Of a DNA stretch of 18,744 nt, positions 1 to 8,482 are shown one piece after another (position 1 is the first letter of the stretch; the number at the start of each line of letters is the position of its first letter). Under the pieces are notes generated by a model that saw nothing but the letters and a program-made list of their open reading frames with translations, did no database searches and was not told the DNA's origin. Source of the DNA: Bdellovibrionales bacterium (GTDB lineage: Bacteria > Bdellovibrionota > Bdellovibrionia > Bdellovibrionales > UBA1609); the NCBI GenBank assembly GCA_050246815.1, contig JBFWVI010000030.1:21740-40483 (forward strand), read 5' to 3'. The position numbers and the translations under genes are program-made.

Positions 1-1726
1 CGATTAGATCATGGCGTAGTTCATCGCTGGGGGCGACCCCGGACTTTAAAGTCACGTAGCAGTACAGGCCTTGTCCTTTTAAATCGTGTGGATAACCAAC
101 GGCAGCGGCCTCAGCTACTTTGGAGTGAAGCACTAAAGCACTTTCAACTTCAGCGGTGCCCAAACGATGGCCTGAAATGTTAATCACGTCATCCACGCGG
201 CCTGAAATCCAGTAGTACCCATCTGCATCACGACGAGCGCCGTCACCTGTGAAATAGTAGCCAGGATACTGGGAAAAATAAGTTTGAAAGAAGCGCTCAT
301 GGTCGCGATACACCGTGCGCATTTGCCCGGGCCAAGAGTCCGCAATGCATAAAACGCCAGTGCCTTCTCCTTTTATTTCTTCGCCTTTTTCAGTTAATAA
401 AATTGGTTTAATCCCAAAGAAGGGTCGCGTGGCGGACCCAGGTTTTAGATTGGTGGCCCCGGGCAGCGGACTGATAATAATGCCGCCAGTTTCTGTTTGC
501 CAGTAGGTGTCGACGACCGGGCAGCGTTCTTCGCCTGGCACACGATAATACCAAAGCCAAGCTTCTGGGTTAATCGGCTCTCCCACCGAACCTAAAATAC
601 GCAGGCTTCGACGCGACGTTTTTTTCACAAAAGCGTCGCCCTGTTGGATAAGAGTGCGGATAAGAGTTGGGGCGGTGTAAAGGATATTCACTTTGTGTTT
701 GTCGACGATCTGCCAAAGTCGCGAGGCATCCGGGTAGGTGGGTAGGCCTTCATAAAGCAGGGTGGTTGCGCCGTTACTCAAGGGGCCATAGATCATGTAG
801 CTGTGACCCGTAACCCAGCCCACATCGGCCGCGCACCAGTAGATTTCTCCGGGACGGTAATCAAAAACCATTTCGTGTGTTAAAGAAACATAGACCAAAT
901 AGCCGCCCGTGGTGTGCAAAACACCCTTGGGTTTGTTGGTGGAGCCCGAGGTGTAAAGCATAAACAAGGGGTCTTCTGCATCCATGATTTCGGGGGCGCA
1001 GAGTGGGGACTGCGATTGTTCCAGCTCGTGCCACCAGATGTCGCGTGCGTTGTCCCAGCTCACCTTGGCTCCGGTGTGCTTCACTGTGATCACGTGCTTA
1101 ATGCCAGGCACCTGGTTTGCCGCAATATCCGCATTATTTTTAAGTGCAATGGATTTTCCGCCCCGCAAACCTTCATCGGCCGTGATCAAAAAAGTGCTCT
1201 CGCAGTCACTCATGCGGCCGGCCAATGAATCCGGTGCAAAACCGCCAAACACCACGGAATGAACGGCGCCGATTCGGGCGCAGGCCAGCATCGAGATCGC
1301 AGCCTCTGGGATCATGGGTAAGTAGATGGTGACGCGGTCACCCTTTTTGACCCCGAGGGACTTCAGGCCATTGGCCATACGACTAACGCGTTCAAGCAGT
1401 TGACGATAGGTGATTTTGACTGCCTCGGCGTTGGGGTCTTCGGGTTCCCAAATGATGGCGATCCGGTGGGGATCTTGTTCGGCGTGGCGGTCTAAGCAGT
1501 TTTCACTCACATTCAGACGTCCGCCCTCAAACCATCGGACTTGCACGGGATGTTGAAAGTTGCAGTTTTTGACTTGGCGCCAGGGGTGATGCCAGGTCAA
1601 ACGTTTTGCCTGCTCTGCCCAAAAATCCTCTGGATTTGAAATCGAGCGCTGGTAAAGATCTTGGTAGAGCTTTTCCGTGACGTGGGCTTTTTGCCACTCG
1701 GGTTTTGTCTTGATCAAGTCGCTCAT
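1..1726 (-). CDS. acs: Acetyl-coenzyme A synthetase (acetate--CoA ligase), 3' end beyond the window's left edge
   Basis: Not in the ORF track because it has no stop in the window. Manual translation from ATG 1726 (upstream RBS AGGGGG) gives [45 protein letters not shown]...[17 protein letters not shown]. It also contains the AMP-binding loop [25 protein letters not shown], plus [21 protein letters not shown] and [23 protein letters not shown]. Confidence 0.97.
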   Translation of the reverse strand, partial: MSDLIKTKPEWQKAHVTEKLYQDLYQRSISNPEDFWAEQAKRLTWHHPWRQVKNCNFQHPVQVRWFEGGRLNVSENCLDRHAEQDPHRIAIIWEPEDPNAEAVKITYRQLLERVSRMANGLKSLGVKKGDRVTIYLPMIPEAAISMLACARIGAVHSVVFGGFAPDSLAGRMSDCESTFLITADEGLRGGKSIALKNNADIAANQVPGIKHVITVKHTGAKVSWDNARDIWWHELEQSQSPLCAPEIMDAEDPLFMLYTSGSTNKPKGVLHTTGGYLVYVSLTHEMVFDYRPGEIYWCAADVGWVTGHSYMIYGPLSNGATTLLYEGLPTYPDASRLWQIVDKHKVNILYTAPTLIRTLIQQGDAFVKKTSRRSLRILGSVGEPINPEAWLWYYRVPGEERCPVVDTYWQTETGGIIISPLPGATNLKPGSATRPFFGIKPILLTEKGEEIKGEGTGVLCIADSWPGQMRTVYRDHERFFQTYFSQYPGYYFTGDGARRDADGYYWISGRVDDVINISGHRLGTAEVESALVLHSKVAEAAAVGYPHDLKGQGLYCYVTLKSGVAPSDELRHDLI

Positions 1727-1785
1727 AATTCCCCCTGTTCAGAAGCTAACTGAATCCTAAATTTTGTGCTGGCAATGCTCAAGGC

Positions 1786-1813
1786 TTGAGTGAAGTTCGC
1801 GTCATGATATACT
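1786..1813 (+). promoter_or_regulatory. Candidate sigma70 promoter for the peptidase-hydrolase genes
   Basis: TTGAGT (1786-1791), a 16-nt spacer, then extended -10 TG-A-TATACT (1805-1813), about 30 nt upstream of the TTG start at 1846. The inverted repeat CTCAAG-G-CTTGAG (1778-1790) overlaps the -35. Confidence 0.45.
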
Positions 1814-1845
1814 CAAACTCCTTTTAAGGCATCTGGGAGTGGCAT

Positions 1846-2850
1846 TTGCGTTGTCGCGAGTTGGAAGAGTTAGAAGAAATCTTAAGTCGCCGCCCTCGCG
1901 GCGTGAATCACTATGAATTGACGCGGATCGATTTTCGTCAGAATCAATTTCCTATTCGTGTTGTCAGTCTAGGTGAAAAAGGTGCGCCCACTTTGGCCTT
2001 TGTGGCGGGGGTGCATGGTTTAGAGCGCATAGGCTCGGATGTGGTGTTGGCGTATTTAAGAGTTTGTCTGGCGCGCTTAGAGTGGGATTCTGTTTTTCAG
2101 AATTTGCTCACAAAAACCCGTCTGGTTTTCATTCCGGCACTCAATCCAGTGGGGCTGGCGCGAAACACCCGAAGCAACGGTCAAGGTGTAGACCTCATGC
2201 GCAATTCGCCGCTTGATGCTGATGAGCCCGGAGGCTTTCTTTACCGTGGCCATCGTTATTCGTCTTGGTTACCATTTTACCGCGGACCTCAAAATGCACC
2301 TATGCAGGCCGAAGCTTTGGCGCTGGCCAAAGCTCTTGAAGATGAGGTTTGGCCCGCCGATCTTTCTATGGTGATTGATGTGCACTCGGGCTTTGGCGCC
2401 ATTGATCGAGTCTGGTTTCCCTATGCGCACTCGCGTCGCGCCTTTCCTCACTTGGCAGAAGCCTATTGGCTCAAAAATACTTTCGATCAAACATACCCAC
2501 ATCATTTTTACGCAATCGAGCCCATGGCACGCCAATACACTCTGCATGGAGATTTATGGGACTACTTTTATCTGCGACAGCGCGAAGACCACCCGAAACG
2601 GTTGTTTTTGCCTTGGACCTTAGAAATGGGGTCCTGGATTTGGGTCAAAAAGAATCCAGGACAGTTATTTTCCAGTGGCAGCATTTTTGACCCCGTGCGG
2701 CCACATCGGCGTAAGCGGATACTGCGTCGCCATCTGACGTTATTTGATTTTATGCATCGTGTGTTGGCCACGGACCAATCCTGGTGGCATTTATCTGGTG
2801 GGGAGCGCGCTTCTTTGGAGCATCGGGCGCGGGAATGCTGGTATGAGTAA
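1846..2850 (+). CDS. M14-family zinc carboxypeptidase-like protein
   Basis: Zinc-binding GVHGLE (HxxE) and M14 signatures IPALNPVG, RSNGQGVDLMRN, IDVHSG and a late TLEMG glutamate. TTG start preceded by GGGAG. Confidence 0.88.
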   Translation: MRCRELEELEEILSRRPRGVNHYELTRIDFRQNQFPIRVVSLGEKGAPTLAFVAGVHGLERIGSDVVLAYLRVCLARLEWDSVFQNLLTKTRLVFIPALNPVGLARNTRSNGQGVDLMRNSPLDADEPGGFLYRGHRYSSWLPFYRGPQNAPMQAEALALAKALEDEVWPADLSMVIDVHSGFGAIDRVWFPYAHSRRAFPHLAEAYWLKNTFDQTYPHHFYAIEPMARQYTLHGDLWDYFYLRQREDHPKRLFLPWTLEMGSWIWVKKNPGQLFSSGSIFDPVRPHRRKRILRRHLTLFDFMHRVLATDQSWWHLSGGERASLEHRARECWYE

Positions 2851-3592
2851 AACCTGGGTTTTGATGCGGGGGTTGGGTCGCGAAAGCGGACACTGGAGTA
2901 CTTTCGTTAATGCCTTTCAGCAAGCTGTAGCACCCGATCAAGTGATGACTGTGGATCACCCTGGGATGGGTCGTCAGCGCGAACGGGCTGTGCCGAACAG
3001 CGTGACAGCTATGGCAGAAACCGCGCGCACCCAAGTTCCCCGCACTGGATCCTCGTTTATTCTAGTGGGGCATTCCTTGGGTGGAATGGTGGCCCTCGAC
3101 TGGCTTTCGCATCACCCTGAAGAGGTGGCCGGCGTTGTTTTAATCAACACAAGTACGCGGGACACCAGTCCTTGGACTGAACGCTTAGATTTGGCTGCAC
3201 TGCACAAGATGGGGAAAATTTTTCTCGAGCCCTCTGAACGTGAGCGTGAGGAAAAGATCTTACGGCTGGTTAGTCGCGCCCCGGATCGCCATCAAAGCTT
3301 GCTTGCAGAATGGGTGAGGATCGCCCGAGAAAGACCGCCAGCCAAGTTCACTGTTGCTAAGCAATTATGGGCAGCGTCAAAGTTTTCATTGCCTGAAATG
3401 CCCGCAAACCCCCCACCAATTCTTTGCCTAAGCAGTTTGGGTGATGAACTGGTGAACCCAGCCTGCAGCGATCGTTTGGCTAAAAGTTTGAATGCGCCAC
3501 TGAATATGCACCCATGGGCAGGTCACGAAGTGACTCTTGATGATCCACAATGGGTACTGACTCAGGTCCAGAAATGGCGTGAAACCATCTGA
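2843..3592 (+). CDS. Alpha/beta-fold hydrolase (249 aa)
   Basis: Likely start is ATG 2843, overlapping the upstream stop (ATGAGTAA). Oxyanion-region LMRGLG, nucleophile elbow GHSLGG, acid in GDELV, His in AGHEVTLDDP. Confidence 0.9.
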   Translation: MSKTWVLMRGLGRESGHWSTFVNAFQQAVAPDQVMTVDHPGMGRQRERAVPNSVTAMAETARTQVPRTGSSFILVGHSLGGMVALDWLSHHPEEVAGVVLINTSTRDTSPWTERLDLAALHKMGKIFLEPSEREREEKILRLVSRAPDRHQSLLAEWVRIARERPPAKFTVAKQLWAASKFSLPEMPANPPPILCLSSLGDELVNPACSDRLAKSLNAPLNMHPWAGHEVTLDDPQWVLTQVQKWRETI

Positions 3593-3684
3593 CTTTGGCC
3601 GTGAACATTTTAGTAGCACGCGCCGCGTCTATAAATCTGGCTAGCAGCATCGCCGATACCTCATATATGAAGATCTGCATGTAT

Positions 3685-5124
3685 ATGGGCAACAAGCGCG
3701 CGAGGGGACACGCTTTTTGGGCCGGGTTCTTAACCCTGTTCTTAAGTTTTGTTTTCCACTTTAATGGCGCCGCACAAACGACTGATCTTTCAGTGCCGAC
3801 ATTAAGTGCCTCGGCGAAAACTTTTAGCCAAGCCAGTCTGGAATTTTCGAATTCGCAATTTTTAAGAGCTTCAGAACCTTACTTTCGCGAAGGCGCGAGC
3901 AGTAGTCTGACCTCTTGGAAACTGGGTTGGAAAGCCCGGGCACAACGTCGAGGTTGGTTTGCCAACGTGGATGCTCGAAACGATTATCAATCTGAAGAAG
4001 ATCATCATTACATTAAGCCTTTTGATCTGGCCACAGGTTGGGGCAATGAAAATAACCGCTTTATCTTAGGGCGGCAGCGTCAAGACTGGTCTGTGGCGGA
4101 TGATCTGTGGCGGATTGGAATGTGGCAGCCGCGTTTCACGGATGATCAAATCACCCGTGAAAACGGTGGATTTACCGGGGCCTTCGCAAAATTTGGTAAC
4201 GACGATGCACATCTGTTGTTGTTCGGTTCGCCTTATTGGATTCCGGACACTCAGGCCTCTTTTGAATTGAAAAATCAAAAATTCGTCTCTAAAAACCCCT
4301 GGTTCAAACCCCCCACCAATATTGTCAATTTGGACGGGATTCCCACTGATGTACGCTACAACTTTGATCGGCCCAGCGTTGAAGATGTGATCAAACACGG
4401 TATGGCTGCTGCTCAATTTGAGTATCGCCCCACGACAGTTCACTTTGCGCGTGTGTCGGCAGCTTATAAACCGCTCAACCAATTGATCATTGGATTTCCT
4501 TTGGAATTGCATTTGGAAGACCCTAATTATGCGCAAATTGACGTGAAAACCCGTGTGCTTTATCAGCAGCTGCTCACTTTTGAAGCCGGGGTTCGCGATC
4601 AAGATGGGTACACAGCATGGTGGTCGGTGACCAGTGATCGTCCTTTCCGAGACAATCCTCCACCGGAGTGGACAACACAAGAGGTCAAAGACGCTGTGAT
4701 TGGTTCGGTGTATGTGGGGCGAGACTTGCGCGGAAGTGGACCGAACGCCACTCATGCCTACATTAGTTATTTGCGAGTCGAGGGTGGGGATGCGCCTGAT
4801 CGTGGCGAGTTCAAGGGGACAAAATCACTGTTTGAGCCTCGTTATATGTTTCAAGATGCCGTGCAGGTTGGATTGCGTCACACGGCGCCGCTGTTGACGC
4901 GCAAATGGCTTGCTCACTTCAGTGGCAATGTGATTTACGATTTTGCTCAACACGGTGTTATGGCTTCGGCGAAAATCGCACAGCCATTTGGCAAAGCCTG
5001 GTCGGCGCTGCTGTCTGGGGATGTCATAGGGCTTGTCGACAAGTCGGGCCGCGTTCAAGAAGGATTTATTTCCACCTATCGCGCCAATGATCGAGTCTCA
5101 GCTGGAGTGCAATATGTATTCTGA
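3685..5124 (+). CDS. Predicted outer-membrane beta-barrel protein of unknown function (copy A)
   Basis: Signal-peptide-like N terminus MGNKRARGHAFWAGFLTLFLSFVFHFNGAA, alternating amphipathic strands, and C-terminal beta-signal ...VSAGVQYVF. Start uncertain (ATG 3667/3679/3685). Paralogous to 13428..14879. Confidence 0.75.
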   Translation: MGNKRARGHAFWAGFLTLFLSFVFHFNGAAQTTDLSVPTLSASAKTFSQASLEFSNSQFLRASEPYFREGASSSLTSWKLGWKARAQRRGWFANVDARNDYQSEEDHHYIKPFDLATGWGNENNRFILGRQRQDWSVADDLWRIGMWQPRFTDDQITRENGGFTGAFAKFGNDDAHLLLFGSPYWIPDTQASFELKNQKFVSKNPWFKPPTNIVNLDGIPTDVRYNFDRPSVEDVIKHGMAAAQFEYRPTTVHFARVSAAYKPLNQLIIGFPLELHLEDPNYAQIDVKTRVLYQQLLTFEAGVRDQDGYTAWWSVTSDRPFRDNPPPEWTTQEVKDAVIGSVYVGRDLRGSGPNATHAYISYLRVEGGDAPDRGEFKGTKSLFEPRYMFQDAVQVGLRHTAPLLTRKWLAHFSGNVIYDFAQHGVMASAKIAQPFGKAWSALLSGDVIGLVDKSGRVQEGFISTYRANDRVSAGVQYVF

Positions 5125-7363
5125 CATCAAGATGACTTTGGTCGGTTTGATTGCGGCGATTTTTCTGCTGGGGTGTGCGGGGGAAAATGAGTTCTCTACT
5201 GTTCCGCCAGATGTGAAATTTGATAGCCCTAAATTCCAATGTTTGAGCAAGGCGGACGAAGTTTTAACGGACTACTTAAATGGTAACTTGACCAATAGCG
5301 AGGTGCAAAGCTTTTGGAATTGTCTGGATATGGCCGTAGTTCAGTTTGTTAAATTTGTCCGTGGCAGCGAGGGGCAAAATTATAAACCCCAAGAGATGGC
5401 CAAATTTTTGGACACCTATTTTTTAGATAATCGTGGTTTGGCACAACACTCTGAACTTTTAGCTGAGTTTATGGAGATCAAGCGCCTCTTTGTGGGCGGT
5501 TCCTTAGAACGGGTCAGTCACACGGACCTTTACTATCGTACACGCGAATTGTTGATGGAGTTCAAATCCATCACGATGGAATTGAATCCTCATATGAAGA
5601 CGCTTCACCTTGGGCTTTCTGGTGAAAACAGTAAAGCATTGCTCGGTAGCGAAGTTGAGGCGGCAACTCTCGCTTTGCAAAGAGCAGGTGAGAGGTTGGG
5701 GCATTTATTTAAGAAGGGTAATTATTTTTATTCATTCAGTCACTTGCAGGCTCTTTTAACTGAACTTGAAAAATTTGTGCAAAAAACCAGTCCTGATTTT
5801 ACGCTTGCAAACACTCGCAAGTACATCCCGCTGTTTTCGGAGTTCAAAAATTTGGTGGTCGCCCCGCCTTACGATCTGATTCGCAATGAAGACTGGAATC
5901 GCCTACTTGAATCGATGAGCAGCATTTTAGGTTGGATTGTCCAATATCGGTTCTACATAGAAGATGAGGATTGGGGACAGGGAGACTCTTTTGAAGCTTT
6001 GTCGCGCATAGCACGAGGAGCCTTATCAGAACTGGAGAAGGGTCTTGATAAGCAAGACAAGAAAGAGTTCAGCTTCATCGATCTGGATCGCCTAGTGGTG
6101 CAGTTGGATGAGCTTGATTTGCTTCCTTTGGATTTTGATGCGGAAACGGGAAAAAGTATTCTGCGGCGCTTGGGCGAGCGAGTACTGGCGCCTCAAAGTG
6201 AAGTTGGCACAGGGTTGAATCAGGCGGATCTGGTCGCTTTGCGACAAGAAGTGTTGCGCTGGATTGAGGCGCAACACTTCTTAAACCAGGTCGCCAAAGA
6301 TTCGATGCCCGTATTTGAAGAGACATTCAGCAGCGAACAAATGTCGGTCGAGGCTCAGGATGCCGCTCCCGATCCGGCAGCAGAAATGCGCATGTTGATG
6401 CGAACCCGTTGGCCTTTGTTACATGACAATAAAAATCGATTGGTGTTTTCAGCCGCAACATTTGCCGGACAGTATGATCAAGGCAGTCTGAGCACTTTAA
6501 ACTGGCAGCGCGCTTTGATGCGAGCCTTGATGAGGGGTTATGCCAAGCAGACTAGTCCGGATGGGGCAACCGGGTTAAGTGGTGACGAGTTGAGCGTTCT
6601 GCTTCAAGACTGGCATGTTTTGGCCGAAAAAATGGGATTATTCGAGCCTGGTGAGGCTGAGAGTATGGCTAAAAAGATCTTTATGGAAGCCAACTTGTTT
6701 ATGCCTTCTAGTAATGGTGACGAACGTATCGATTTTATCGAAGCGGTACAGTATATGGCCTATGCTATTTCGGGATTAAATAGTGCGGGTGATATTGTGG
6801 ACACCATCGAAGAGCAGTGCCAGGATGCCATTGACAAAAAGAAAGTGGTGGCCGCTTGTTTACGAAGTCAACTTTATGGCCAGCGTCATTCATTCTTGGG
6901 CAATTTCCCTTTCTTGCTGCAATTCGTTGGTGAGAACGAAGCGCGTTGGCGGCAGTTTGCAAATATGATTGAAAACACAACACGCAACGGCGTTTCGGAT
7001 AAACCGTTCAGCAAAGGCGATATCGTCGAAATGATTGTGCTGCTTCATTACATTGAAACCTTCTATGGCACATACGACGGTAACAAAAATCAGTTGATCA
7101 ATGTGGATGAAACCCTAAATGCATTTCCTGTTTTCCGTCGTTCGCTGAACGAAATCGTCAAAAACTCATTCGGTATCACGATGAGTGGAGATGACCTGAA
7201 AGGGCTACTGACCTATTTGTTCAATTTCGGTAAGCCGCCTCAGTCCACATTTGGCGGTGTGCTGAAGTTCTTGAATTGGCGCTGGACTCCCGAAGCCTGG
7301 AATTACGATGTGGATCGTTTGCGTGTGATACAGATTCTAGCCGAACTCAACGCCAGCCGCTAA
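5114..7363 (+). CDS. Large alpha-helical lipoprotein with EF-hand-like loops, unknown function (copy A, 749 aa)
   Basis: ATG 5114 with GGAG 6 nt upstream. Signal peptide MYSDIKMTLVGLIAAIFLLG-C with lipobox LLGC. EF-hand-like 12-mers SSNGDERIDFIE and DGNKNQLINVDE. Paralogous to 14869..17523. Confidence 0.8.
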   Translation: MYSDIKMTLVGLIAAIFLLGCAGENEFSTVPPDVKFDSPKFQCLSKADEVLTDYLNGNLTNSEVQSFWNCLDMAVVQFVKFVRGSEGQNYKPQEMAKFLDTYFLDNRGLAQHSELLAEFMEIKRLFVGGSLERVSHTDLYYRTRELLMEFKSITMELNPHMKTLHLGLSGENSKALLGSEVEAATLALQRAGERLGHLFKKGNYFYSFSHLQALLTELEKFVQKTSPDFTLANTRKYIPLFSEFKNLVVAPPYDLIRNEDWNRLLESMSSILGWIVQYRFYIEDEDWGQGDSFEALSRIARGALSELEKGLDKQDKKEFSFIDLDRLVVQLDELDLLPLDFDAETGKSILRRLGERVLAPQSEVGTGLNQADLVALRQEVLRWIEAQHFLNQVAKDSMPVFEETFSSEQMSVEAQDAAPDPAAEMRMLMRTRWPLLHDNKNRLVFSAATFAGQYDQGSLSTLNWQRALMRALMRGYAKQTSPDGATGLSGDELSVLLQDWHVLAEKMGLFEPGEAESMAKKIFMEANLFMPSSNGDERIDFIEAVQYMAYAISGLNSAGDIVDTIEEQCQDAIDKKKVVAACLRSQLYGQRHSFLGNFPFLLQFVGENEARWRQFANMIENTTRNGVSDKPFSKGDIVEMIVLLHYIETFYGTYDGNKNQLINVDETLNAFPVFRRSLNEIVKNSFGITMSGDDLKGLLTYLFNFGKPPQSTFGGVLKFLNWRWTPEAWNYDVDRLRVIQILAELNASR

Positions 7364-7399
7364 AGATCGTAAATGATTCGCCAGCGCGCCCCTTCCATT

Positions 7400-7629
7400 T
7401 TTTAAGCCCATTTTTGCAAGTTTGACTTTCCTCCATCTATGCGAGGGCTTTTCGTACCGCCATCCTGGCGGTCCGAGCGAGATTTGGGCGGAGAAGATTT
7501 CTCTCTTTATTTTTTGAGAAAAATTCAATAAATCGGCCCCACAAATCTTAAGTCTTTTGCGCTGGACGCGCAAAAGGGAACCCTCGCAGGGATGGAGAAA
7601 AAGCAAACTCGCAAAAATCGGCTGTAAAA
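7400..7629. other. Long branched fold-back structure (structured ncRNA or ssDNA element)
   Basis: Closing helix of about 42 bp: TGCGAGGG 7440-47/CCCTCGCA 7581-88; CTCCATC 7431-37/GATGGAG 7591-97; AGTTTG 7419-24/CAAACT 7604-09; ATTTTTGC 7410-17/GCAAAAAT 7611-18; AGCC/GGCT; TTTTA/TAAAA. It encloses three arms: ACCGCCA-TCC-TGGCGGT 7456-72, AGATTTG 7480-86/CAAATCT 7542-48, and CTTTTGCGC-TGGAC-GCGCAAAAG 7554-76. Confidence 0.8.
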
Positions 7630-7721
7630 GCAAAAAGTGCCGGGAACCAAGAAGCTGTTCAATTTTTAAAAGCAAGACGAGCTGTTGAAGTTTAAATGCG
7701 GGATTGGCTGTTTAAGCAAGG

Positions 7722-7741
7722 GTAGGAGTAACTCGTACTCC
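7722..7741 (+). repeat. REP-like GTAG-footed hairpin upstream of the transposase
   Basis: GTAG (7722-25) directly at the foot of the palindrome GGAGTA-ACTCG-TACTCC (7725-41). Only one copy is seen in the window. Confidence 0.5.
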
Positions 7742-7879
7742 AATTAAAAGGGCCAGGGTCTTTAGGGCTTGAGTGGCAAAAAACAATAAAGCAGAACCGA
7801 CCAACTTAAAACCTAAAGCAAAAAATACATCCGCAATGTTCGTTTTTGACCTTTTTGCGGCTTTGTTGGACCTTCGGTC

Positions 7880-8482
7880 ATGTCCAAAAAAGCACCGCAA
7901 AAACGAAAAGGCCAACTGCCCTTACTCCAACAAAAATACCCACTTCAATACGGCGGAGTGCTTCGAACAAAGGCCAAAAACCGAGGGTTTAGACCGCTTT
8001 CTTCAAAAGAATCCATGCACGTGGTTTTACGCTCCTCCCTGGCCAAAAAAGAATGGTCCTTTCAGCACAAAAGAAACCGCAAACGATTGGCTGAATTTAT
8101 CAATCGGTTTTCAGCCAAGAAGGGCATCGAACTGATCAAGGTGGCCAATGTGGGTAACCACTTTCATTTTCATGTCAGGATCCCGAATCGCACCCTTTAT
8201 AAGGCCTGGATTCGGGGTTTAAGCTCGGCCATTGCGGTGATGGTGGCGGGTCATGAGGGTTTAAGGCGAATCAAGGCCCAAGCCAAAGCCAAGCTCACCT
8301 CGCCAAAGACTAAAGTGAGTCGTTTTTGGGATTACCGCCCTTTCAGCCGAGTGGTGCGTGGACTGCGGGCTTACCTCAGCCTTAAAGACTACGTTGAAAT
8401 CAATGAGCTTGAGGGGCTGGGAGCCCCTCAATATGAAGCCGTCATCTTGGTTAAATATGGCCAGACTTTTAATTCGGCCTGA
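7880..8482 (+). CDS. tnpA: HUH-superfamily Y1 tyrosine transposase (IS200-like/RAYT-like), 200 aa
   Basis: N-terminal MHVVLRS strand, HUH motif VGNHFHFHV, FWDYRPFSRVV block and catalytic-type helix LKDYVEIN (YxxxN). Highly basic. A second copy lies at the window end. Confidence 0.85.
   Translation: MSKKAPQKRKGQLPLLQQKYPLQYGGVLRTKAKNRGFRPLSSKESMHVVLRSSLAKKEWSFQHKRNRKRLAEFINRFSAKKGIELIKVANVGNHFHFHVRIPNRTLYKAWIRGLSSAIAVMVAGHEGLRRIKAQAKAKLTSPKTKVSRFWDYRPFSRVVRGLRAYLSLKDYVEINELEGLGAPQYEAVILVKYGQTFNSA

Noticed and set aside
315..1262. Plus-strand ORFs 315..506, 914..1228 and 984..1262
   Set aside because: Antisense shadows of acs, which has full motif support on the minus strand.
2744..2842. N-terminal extension of the hydrolase ORF in the track
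   Set aside because: Overlaps the peptidase by over 100 nt. ATG 2843 gives a typical coupled start right before the first hydrolase strand.
4066..4755. 229-aa minus-strand ORF
   Set aside because: Antisense to the barrel gene whose reading frame is validated by paralog conservation; no motifs.
5033..5113. Longer start for lipoprotein A
   Set aside because: Would bury the signal peptide. ATG 5114 has an RBS and mirrors the paralog's junction.
7554..7576. CTTTTGCGC/GCGCAAAAG hairpin as a stand-alone terminator
   Set aside because: About 190 nt from the upstream stop, lacks a free U tract and is nested in a larger fold, so it is reported as part of that structure.
7337..8135. ORFs 7337..7675 (-), 7712..7915 (-) and 7773..8135 (+)
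   Set aside because: Low-complexity translations of the structured A/T-tract region or an alternative frame of tnpA; no recognisable domain. No TnpB/IscB-sized ORF is present.
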